Part shown: positions 53,467 through 64,000 of the stretch, piece by piece
Layout of the letters: each line of letters begins with the position of its first letter
Numbering within the stretch: position 1 is the stretch's first letter
Assembly: GCF_009914755.1 (NCBI RefSeq)
Contig: NC_060932.1
Reading direction: 5' to 3' (one strand)
From: the human T2T-CHM13v2.0 reference genome, Homo sapiens
Length of the DNA: 64,000 nucleotides
Position numbers and translations under genes: made by a program
The notes under the pieces: model-generated
What the model was told of the DNA's origin: nothing
Databases searched by the model: none
Seen by the model: only the letters and a program-made list of their open reading frames with translations

Positions 53467-54099
53467 CACTGCCTGGGGTCTTTGCAAATCAATGTCTTAC
53501 TAACAACAAGGTCCCTTTGCATTTGGATCAACTCATGTAAAGTTCTTGTTGACCAACCCAGGAGGTATTTATTAAATATTTATTTTGCTTATTTTCAGCA
53601 TGATATAGCCAATTTTTTTTCTTTATACTAGCTCTAGGGTGAATACAAATATAATATAATATTTTTATAAGAATATGAATCTCATGACTCAGAATTATTA
53701 ATTTCATGTGCTATTACTTTTCACTATGAAAGATGAAAACGCTAAGAGCAGTGTTAACGGACTATATCAGATATAGTTTAAGATTTGGAAGACTAATTAT
53801 TTAGATCTCTGTTTTTCTGTGTTTTACTGTGAATGCAGAAATTTAAATTATGTTTTCAGCTTTTCCTGTAGAAGACTGCTTAAATGAAATAAAGGAAAAC
53901 ATGATTATAAGTACCTACTGTATGAACTAATTCATATAAGAAAACAAGCAGTTTATGAGACATAATGATATCATATTACAATCAAGGCCTATACATAAAC
54001 AATGAAATAATCATTCAGAGAGTAATTTTAGACTAACGTAGTGATAAAAGCTGTATGTCGTGAGGGTCAGGCAGGCCCCGCTGTGAATGTGATTGCACC

Positions 54100-54290
54100 A
54101 GTTGCTAACTTGCTGTCAGTGCAGTCATAGGTTAAACAGCTAATCTCCCAGACCACTGGCTTCCTCGCCTATAACACGCAGATAATAAAGAAGAGTCTGT
54201 ATTTCACAGAGATGTGATCATTCAGTTAGACACATAGATAATGTTCCTGGAACAATAACTGTGGCATACTAAATGCTTAATAACTACTGA
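54100..54290 (+). mobile_element. MIR fragment
   Basis: GGCTTCCTCGCCTATAA..GATAATAA..TGGCATACTAAATGCTTAATAA. Confidence 0.55.
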
Positions 54291-55254
54291 TTTCTAACTC
54301 CCTTTACTGCTTTATTCTACAGCAGTTTCATTTTACAGAGTTAATACCAAATATGTATAATGTATTTAACATGCACGAGCCTTTAAACACCTAAGAGCCA
54401 CGAAGTTATTCAAACTGAATAAATGGGTATGAATATATGTTAATAATCAAACACTCAAAATACTAATACTTAGTTTTAAATAACTCGTTTATCTAAAAGT
54501 TCATCTCAATGCTTCAAGTAATGGCTACCAAAGCCAAACTTAAATGTAAATAATAAAAAATCTACTTTAAACATGATTGTCAAACATATATTCAACAGTT
54601 GTCAGATGCAAAAGCCACACGTATTTTGTAGTTGATAAGATGTGCATTTGAGTAGGGTGTCTAGTAACAGTCTAAGAGTACATATGACATTTCCATGTTT
54701 TAATGAATTTCAGGTAGCTATGATAAAATTCTAAACCTGTTCTATTCAATATTGATACTCATTAAATTGATACATAAGCTGTTTAAGAAAGATAAATACT
54801 GCACAGCTCACGGAAAGGTTTATTAAGATTTTCAAATGTCTAATATCATCCAAAAATCTAGGGGGAACATTCTGAATTACAGTATTATGTTTTTACTGGA
54901 AATATAACTTGCCATAAGACAAGAAGACAGAGTATGGCACGAATGATATTCATGTGGGCTGACTCAATGCCTCATGTTGTCATAAATCTGGCCTTTTCAT
55001 TTCTCCCTCCCACAGACACAAAACAGCAGCATCCGACGCCCAGCAGCAGCAGCAGAGTGAGGTAAAAGCGCAAAGCTTCCATCTTCAGGATAAAAGATTC
55101 TTCTCATAAGACAATTTGTGATTCCTTAAAAATATGAGGACTTCATAATAAAAAACTATATTGAACACTAATTTTTTGACTGTGTGAGGGAAACATATAA
55201 GACATAAACGTGATATCCTTTACTGAGATGAAAACATACCAGTAATATTTTAAT

Positions 55255-55553
55255 ATTCTCAGAAAACTATCGCAAGGACAAAAAACCAAACACCGCGTGC
55301 TCTCACTCATAGGTGGGAATTGAACAGTGAGAACACATGGACACAGGAAGGGGAACATCACACACCGGGGACTGCTGTGGGGTGGGGGGCGGGGGGAGGA
55401 ATCGCATTAGGAGATATACCTAATGCTAAATGACGAGTTAACGGTGCAGCACACCAACGTGGCACATGTATACATATGTAACTAACCTGCACGTTGTGCG
55501 CATGTACCCTAAAACTTAAATTATAATAATAATAAAATAAAATTTAAAAAAAG
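55255..55553 (+). mobile_element. L1PA4-like 3' end
   Basis: CTATCGCAAGGACAAAAAACCAAACACCGC..GGAGATATACCTAATGCTAAATGACGAG..CATGTACCCTAAAACTTAAA. Confidence 0.95.
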
Positions 55554-55944
55554 AGGAAAAATAGAATAATTAAAATAAAATCTAAGTAAATTATAGGAGA
55601 TTATTCGGCATGGTCTAAATACAGAGCCAATACTCTTCAAAGGTTTTCAAGTAAACATTCCCCATAAAATCGTGTCATGAGTTAAAGAATTTATCAGCCT
55701 AATAGACACATTCTCCCTTTTTTAATTGCAAAGAGACTCCCCACTTTCTCTTTTGCTGCACTACAGTATAATTTCTTTTTACCCAAACACTCCTTATGGC
55801 TAGTTTTTTCACATCTTTTAGAACAAGAGTCCATTCCCACCAATTTAATCTCATTCCTTATCACAACATACTGTTTGCGACGCTAATAGTATTTTACATT
55901 TTGCATTAATGTGTTAAATTATCTACCTCTTGCAGTCAGGATTC

Positions 55945-56090
55945 CCTAATAAATTACTAGATCTTTGAAGAACAGGAATGAGTTTGTTGCCTTCTCAATG
56001 CATACTCAATGCTGGCCTGGCAAATTATATGGAATCTATAAAATATCTTTTAAATGGAAGAGTACCTAAATGCATGGATGAATGAACTTA
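55945..56090 (+). mobile_element. L2 3' end
   Basis: TCTTTGAAGAACAGGAA..GCCTGGCA..GGATGAATGAA. Confidence 0.5.
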
Positions 56091-56128
56091 TGGTTCAATG
56101 ATAAAAATGATAAAAAAGAAAAGAATCA

Positions 56129-56596
<468 letters not shown>

Positions 56597-56683
56597 CTAG
56601 ATCTTATAGGATGACGAAATTCACTAGATTTGGTTCATGAGGAAGTGAATTCCAAACAGTAATGTATTCTCTTACATTATGTA

Positions 56684-56722
56684 GTGTGTGTGTGTGTGCG
56701 TGTGTGTGTGTGTGTGTGTGTG
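56684..56722. repeat. (GT)n microsatellite, about 19 units
   Basis: One GC interruption. Confidence 0.95.
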
Positions 56723-58798
56723 GTGTGTATACATTTTTCATTCAACCAAAGGTTATCAGAGAAATTATGAAGGGATATTTAGAAATAAATTAGAATAAAT
56801 TCTATGCTTGTTTAACACTCAACTTTCTCTTTAGATAATTTTACAGTATTGCATTTAGTCATGATGTTCTGGTTTTTATTTATACATTCATCTGAAAGAG
56901 CAAAGTGGTAGAGCTAAAATCAGTAAGCTTGGCTCTGTTTCCAAACTCATAAAAGTGCAATATCGTGGCAGAAAGATTCTTGTCCTATTTCTTATTTTAC
57001 CTGGGCTTTTGGGATTTCACATGGACATAGTTGCAAAATAATACTCCCCAAACTTCAGTTTCACATGACTAATGTAGAACATTTGCTGTAGATAATAGTC
57101 AATGAATTTGGTATTACACTTCACAGCCTAGAGAAGACGACTTTTCTTCATATAATGTTGGCTAGCTGGTAGCAAAATCATGTCTTTCATAGATCTCCAT
57201 TTGTAGTGGATAGGAAATTTGGATCTTAATAAGACATGGGAAGATGAAATGGGTCACACAGTACTAAAGCAGAGAAAGACATCCCGATAGGTGTCTTAGA
57301 AGCCAGAAAACCTCCCCATTTTTAAACAGATAATCAGAGTGGTTATGTCCTGGGGGCGAACGCAGAGCCAAACTCAGGAGTTCTTGGTTTAGATAAGTTA
57401 TTTCCCCCTACTAGCAATGATACGCCATGAACAGACTTGTTCTGAAAGTCTTGTTTGTATGTGAAAGTCAGAATCCTGAACTTTTGTTCCAATTATTTAA
57501 CTCTAATTGAATTAAATTTAATTTATGAATTTTAAATATAGATTATTGCAATGAAAATTTGAAATTATATTGGAGTGCCCTGTAAGTATAACGTATATAC
57601 CAGGTTTCTAAGACTTCTTTTAATAGACTCTATTATAACTTATTGCTGATGACATGTTGAAATATTTTGGACACATGGGTTAACATTATTAAAATTAGTC
57701 ATATCAGTTATGAATTTTTAAATCTGCTGCTCATTTGGAATTACATTCATGGCTCATTATATTGCTGTTGCCCACTGCTGTTTCAACCATCGCATATAAA
57801 ATTACTTACAGTCAGAAAATTTATGAAAGATATTAAAGAGTTCCTCTTCTAAAATGATTTTGCAATTTTCCCTACAACTGTTTCTTCAAAGTTCATCAAT
57901 TTTCAAAATGAACAGTGACTTACAAAAAGAACTAAATAAATATATACATTAAAAATTGTTTTCTATATAAAAATACTAAAATGTAACAAAAAAGAACCAG
58001 AATGATAGTCATAGTGTCATGGGGTCAAGACATAGCTGTGAAGGAAGAATGAATTTTCCTTCCAGATAAATGAGTAAAGATAGGAAATGGGAAGATGAGC
58101 TGGGAAGCCTTAAGAACCTTTAAGCAGGGCTAAAATAGAAAAAGAAAAAACAAAACAAAACATCGATAATAGCCTGTATTATTTGTATTTTTAAAGAATC
58201 ATATACCTGCTGCATTTTATGTTGTTCTTGAAGAATATGCATTTATATAAGAAAATTCTACTTCGAAGATTTAATGAATGAATGTTTCCTTCTTGTCTAC
58301 TATAGCAGTGATACATGATATGATAGAGTAATGCTTTTTATTTCATTGATGGATACAAAAATAAAGAGACAAAAATAACAGAATTGCAAGGTAACTTTAT
58401 GGTAGAAAAAGGTGGCCCTCAGGTCCTATTGCGAAGAAAAGTTGCCTATTTTATTGCCCTCCTCTGGTATAAGCCAAACATTTCAATAGACATAGCTCAT
58501 AAGAACAGAAGGCATAGATTAGAGAAAGCTCTTCACTGGATACTTAAGTGTGAAAGGAAAACCAAGCGCCTGGGTGGCCTACTGTATGGTTACTCAAGCT
58601 CCATGTAGGAGAAAACTCAGCGCTTTAGCTCCTGGGAAAACTGTCAGGTCAAATTGCACGCCATGGCAGGCACACCATGAGAAGATGTGTACATTTTAAG
58701 GGATCATTATGAAAGTTCCCAGATAGCCTGCCTTTTTGTATCCTAGTTTTTATTAAATTTTGAAAATCAAGTGAACTGTGAAAAACCTCTGGAGTCAT

Positions 58799-59171
58799 TG
58801 ATACGGTTTGGCTGTGTCCCCACCCAAATCTCATCTAGAATTGTAGCTCCCATGATTCCCATGTGTTGTGGGAGGAGCCTGGGGGGAGGTGATTGAACTA
58901 TGGAGGCAAGTCTTTCCTGGGCTGTTCTCGTGATAGTGAATGAGTCTCGTGAGAGCTGATGATTTATAAAAATGGGAGGTTCTCTGCACAAATTCTCTCT
59001 CTTTGCCTGCTGCCATCCACATAAGATGTGACTTGCTCCTCCTTGCCTTCTGCCATAATTGTGAGGCCTCCCCAGCCATGTGGAACTGTGAGTCTAATCA
59101 AGCCTCTTGCTTTTGTTAATTGCCAAGTCTCCGGTATGCCTTTATCAGCAGCGTTAAAACGGTATAATATA
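58799..59171 (+). mobile_element. THE1B-like solo LTR
   Basis: TGATACGGTTTGGCTGTGTCCCCACCCAAATCTCATC; GCCATCCACATAAGATGTGACTTGCTCC; TSD GTCAT/GTTAT. Confidence 0.95.
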
Positions 59172-59579
59172 GTTATGTATCAGAAAGTTCATTACAAATC
59201 TCACCCACAATCAGATGAGCAAGGAAATTACAGAACAAAATGGCAAGACACAAAATGGATTAATTAAGAATATCTGAGGTATCTTTTTAAATGAAGAACT
59301 CTCAAAGCTCACATAACTGATAATTCTGTTGCAATAATTTTCAAAACCTGTCTTTTGATAAGAGACAGAATTTAGCAAGTGGAACCAGACCCTTTCTGAC
59401 TATAGGTTCGGATTTTCTTCTCTGTCCGCAGCCCGTCTTGCTGTGTGATCTGTTATCATCTCACTTTACCAAAGCAGGCCAACCCCTACCCTATCCACAC
59501 GTGCCTGGGAGTTGGACTCCATCCTTCATGAAGGAGTCCTGGTAGCAGTGATGTGGCAAGGACTGCAGAAATAAGAACA

Positions 59580-59780
59580 GTAAGAATAGCACACACTAAT
59601 AGATCCTTTTCAGGGAACCATGCCCTGGCTACGTGTTCTCCAGGAGCTTACTTCCATAATCCTAAGGATCCTACAAATAAGGACATTGCTGTTATCCTTG
59701 CTCTACTAGGGAAGAACCTGGAAATGGAAAAGTTAAGAACATGTTCAAAGTCCCCCAAGTACTAAGGAGTAGGGCTTGTG
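59580..59780 (-). mobile_element. MIR fragment
   Basis: ATAATCCTAAGGATCCTAC..AAAAGTTAAGAACATGTTCAAAGTC. Confidence 0.55.
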
Positions 59781-60354
59781 TTAATGACAAAATGAGCAGG
59801 TTTTCATAAGCTCTGCAGAGCTGCAAAATTCACAGATATAGAAACTCCAACCTTTTGGTGGGTGGTAGTGGGCCAAAATAATTCTCATTATACATCCTTT
59901 GGTGCTAATTTTTGCTAATGGTAATGATCTCGTCTATTTAGTAATTCAAAATAGGTCCTTAATACTTGACATGTTCACAGTCTTCTGTGGGAGCAAGGGA
60001 TATAAAAACAAACATAGATTGACCCTCAAATCATTTGCCATACCTGGTTTTTACGTTATCTCTTTTGCAGTTCTGAAACTGTATACATAATAGACTCAGC
60101 CTGGGCTGCTGCTTCATCAAAGTGACTTTTTGTTGTAGCTGTTGTTTTTTTCATTCCAGATGAATTTTCCTACTTTTGTATTAAGTACACTGGTTCAGAA
60201 GGTGTAAAACTCATAATAAAGTAAATATTGAAACACATATGTTATGATAAGAGGAGTGTAGGATGGCTGTTGCTAGTTTTCCTTCTCTCTCACACACACA
60301 CACTCACACACATGCAGACAGAATATGCAATTGTGGTTGCCTCAAATAACAGAA

Positions 60355-60530
60355 TATTAGTGTGGTAGAAGAAATAATGCAAGTCAGAAAACCAAGGTTC
60401 CAGTCCGGGGCCTGAAGGCAACTCTAATCCAGGTCTACTAAAGGTCTGCTTATGAAATGATCTGCTGACACCTCCTGTTCACACCTCATGGAGTTCTTGT
60501 AGGAAATAAATAAAATAATGCATATTAAAA
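60355..60530 (+). mobile_element. MIR fragment
   Basis: TAGTGTGGTAGAA..AAGTCAGAAAACCAAGGTTCCAGTCC..ACCTCATGGAGTTCTTGTAGG. Confidence 0.6.
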
Positions 60531-61754
60531 TAACATAATTGTATGCAGAGCAATGTATACAAATACCACATTACCATTAAACCATGTCAACCATACTGTT
60601 TCTTAACTGTGCCATCTTGACCTCCAACTCCTTTCTCCTTCTTTGGTCTTTACAAAGCCAATCATGATGCTATTTCTACTCAGCTCTGCTCCTCAATGCT
60701 CTGTGAAAGTCCAGGTGTTTCCCCAGCCAGCAGTTCCTACGCTCTCCTCAAATGGGTCCCTATGTTAGGTTTTGGATCTCCAACATTAAATGTAGTTTCT
60801 GATGTGGTAAATCCTCCCTGTGTTTTTTAGAATGAACGAACAACTAGACTCTGGAATAGTCCCAAGAAAAAACTCCCCAGGCATTGAATTAAAAAGGAAA
60901 TCCAGACCTATGCATCATATTTGTATGTATAAAGAAAGCAGTGGGGGAAGCTAGGGGGAAATTAAAATATATTTATATATTAAACATTGAAGTGTATAAA
61001 GAATGAAGACAACACTCAAAAAAAAAAAATGAAATACCCATCTAGTGGACAAATATGTGTTAACAACCTGCTAGTAAAAAGGTACTATTCTACTGTTAAA
61101 AGCAAGAAAAAGGCAATAGAAAGAAGATGTATTCCTCTGTTTTCAAACAATAGCAGAAAATATACACTAGTATTCAAGAGTTGATTTCTGCACAGATAGT
61201 AGGTGATGCTTGTGGCTGAAACAGGACAGCTGAGTGAGGCCACGTTGGTGAAGCCCACGGGATATGTGATGGGAAAACATGACAGCAGGGTATGAACCCT
61301 GCATTTTCATGACCATTTTTCATCACACTTGGTCTTTTTTTTTTTTTTTTTTTGGTTTGGTTTGGGTTTTTCAGTGCCACCTAGTGAAGTATTTATTACA
61401 TATAGTGAGTCATGCTGATGAAATAAATGTCTTTATCTCCTTAGACAATAAATACGCCCAGAGTTTTTAAAACCAAATCTGATATTTGATCCTAAAATTC
61501 TTTCAAACAAATTATCATACATGATTCTACCGACAAAGTATTTAGAAATTATCCAGTAAATTACGGTGAGTCAAAATTGTGCATTTTTTTATTTTCAACA
61601 ATTTATATAATAAAAATTGGAATTCATTCTTTTAATTTTACCATGACTTCTAAGTATTCTTAAAAAGTAAAACTTTAACAGCATTGCCACATTCAAAGCC
61701 ACACTATCAGAAAACTGATGGCATCACAGAACAACTTGCCACGTATTTTTTTTA

Positions 61755-61782
61755 CTAGGTTTGTGCAAAATAATTGCAGTTT
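61755..61782 (+). mobile_element. Solo Hsmar1/MADE1-type terminal inverted repeat
   Basis: TA followed by CTAGGTTTGTGCAAAATAATTGCAGTTT; 25/29 match to TTAGGTTGGTGCAAAAGTAATTGCGGTTT. Confidence 0.7.
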
Positions 61783-62369
61783 ATATTTTGAATCAAGACA
61801 TTCAATATTTTCTGTTAACGATGTCAATTAAACTGCAAGTCAAATACATCAACCTTTCTGAAAGATGATCCAGATCATAGTGCTAAATTTTCAATCTACT
61901 CCAACATTATTATTTGGGAAAAGTTGACCAGGCTCCCACCTTCCCTCTATGCCACAACCCCCACCTACCAACAAAAAAGGAAGAAGTGGTCCTTTAGAGA
62001 AAAGCATCATTCACTCGAACAGAGAGGAAAGGAAAGACAACACTCTGTAGTATGGTCTGTAGGTAGCTATGTGGCCAAGGCTCCCGGCATGGGGATTTCT
62101 CAGCAGACAGTGAGTGAGAAACCTCCAATCTTAACACTCCCCTTCCACTCACAGCTGAACCACCAACTGTCATTCCCAACAATGGGAATGCTCTACTTTA
62201 ACCATGAGCTGTAACATATTACAAATTATGCAGATAACACATTGATTTGTCGTAAGAGCAATTTAGCGCCATTCCTCTAGTAAAACAGTATTTACTCTTC
62301 CTTGTAGCAACCCCTAAAGGAAATGATTGCACATAAGAAATTGTAATTATCTGGTTTATACATGAAGTA

Positions 62370-62449
62370 TGAATTTGGTGCAAAAGTAATAGCGGTTTTT
62401 GTCATTACTTTTAAATGCCACAACCACAATTACTTTTGCACCAACCTAA
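62370..62449. mobile_element. MADE1 MITE
   Basis: TTGGTGCAAAAGTAATAGCGGTTTTTGTCATTACTTTT..CAATTACTTTTGCACCAACCTAA; 80-bp palindrome. Confidence 0.96.
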
Positions 62450-64000
62450 AAAATAATAGAAGTCTCCCAAGCTAGGGATGGTCAGGTGTCACCTCGTCAT
62501 CACATGGGCAATGCTTATTTCACAAGGACAATCAATAGCCAGCATTCCACACAGGGACATGTCAATTACTATCTAGAAGCAGCAGGCTTCCCAGGAGGCC
62601 CTCTTGACATGTGTCCACAGTTCCATCGTGATTCTTCCAGTCCCACATGCATTTATTGAATGATAAGTGCAGGCCTTAGTAACCACCTGAGACCAGGGGC
62701 AGAATATCCATGATAGATCTGGGTCCTGAACGCTGCCTTTGCCCGTTGCTTCCAGAAAACAGTGGGGAGCTCTGTTTCAGCTCTAGAAGGAGTGCAGCGG
62801 GTGATGAATTATCTTTACTCTAGGCTATTCATTTTCCCTGGGACACATTTTTTAAATAGAGATTTGGAAAATGAGACAAACTAAAAATAAGAACATAAAA
62901 AGGGAGAAAGTGTTGTTAAGAGAGAACCAACATTTGTGATTTTTGAGTAGAAACTTTGTAGTTCACAGTATTATTTCATGCGCTACATTTGATTATAATA
63001 CTAGACAAGAGATTCCCATTATAAAGCAAACATCCTTTGCAATTACCAAGCTCTACATAATAGGAAATGTATTAATGTCAGAAATACTTTTGCAAAATAC
63101 TATGGTATTAGGTTGACGCTGACCATGAAGATCGTGGTCTCCTCCTTCAACAAGAATTGCATCTTACTTATGTATGCCCAAGGGCAAATGCCTAGTACTA
63201 AAAAACTATAAAATAATTGCTAGATGATTTTTTACATCAGGTAATTATTGTGCAAGCAAGAATACACACTCATGAAAAAGACAGTGGAAACCAACTGAAT
63301 TATAGAACTGTGTTGTGGTCTATTACGAAGGTAGCTGACACACACATTGGTAAACACTGATCATGTCTCTTTCACCAACTTGACATCACTCTTGGGAATT
63401 AACAAAAATTGTGTAATTTTTGCAAAATATCCTAGAAGTATTAGAAAACCAGAAACGTAGGGTTATTATAATTATCATTGCTTAAATTTGCTTTCATATT
63501 TGATAAATAACAGGTTACGTTAGCAGGGACTATGATTCTCCACAACCTGAATTTTCTTTCAAGATACTCTAACCCTGGAGAATAAATTTAATCGACAAAT
63601 GTTTTTTTTCTCCCCCCAAGAAGACATAGGATATTTAGCCATGATTCCAGAAGACTATTGTGAATGATCAAACATGACTTCGTCAAGGTTAGACAATCCT
63701 GGTTTTCAGGGAATGGCTTCTAACCCAACTGTAGATACCATCTATCCACATCCTCTTACTTACAAAGTCTTTATAGAGCTATTGAGCTGTATAATATTTC
63801 ATATTTTTCTTTCCCTTTCTTTGTGTGTCTGGATCCAAGACATAATTTTTTTCAGAAGCTTCGGAGGATTCTAACTTGCTTTTACTTAAGATATTTTTCA
63901 AGAAAGTTAAGTTACCCAATGACATAAGTGCACATATAATTCTTCCTAGATGCTTCCCAAATCAGATTTAGTTGTTTTGGCCAGTTGGGTTGCTGTAATT

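Overview
Primate (very probably human or ape) nuclear DNA, AT-rich and non-coding. I found no recognisable protein-coding exon, tRNA, rRNA, snRNA, CpG island or CRISPR array. The supplied ORFs are chance frames or translations of Alu, L1, LTR and simple repeats. A large part of the window is fossil transposons: 11 Alus (J, S, Y), L1PA3-13 and L1M fragments, L2, MIR and CR1 pieces, THE1/MLT1/ERVL solo LTRs, and Tigger, MER5 and MADE1 DNA elements. Family names are from memory of the consensus sequences and need RepeatMasker/Dfam confirmation. About 17 of 22 L1 and LTR copies face the + strand, which suggests an intron of a minus-strand gene (inference). I found no evidence for a new multi-gene system. 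The most unusual signals are DNA-repair and retrotransposition footprints: a recent 258-bp dispersed duplication carrying TCF/AP-1/GATA motifs (45.2/45.9 kb), a hairpin-templated insertion inside an Alu (16.5 kb), a TSD-flanked L1MC that keeps both ends in only about 1.9 kb, a ~20-bp 5' inversion on an L1PA13, a solo poly(A) at an L1 endonuclease site, a near-perfect 3x60-bp tandem repeat, and a MADE1 plus solo Hsmar1-type TIR that bracket about 700 bp.
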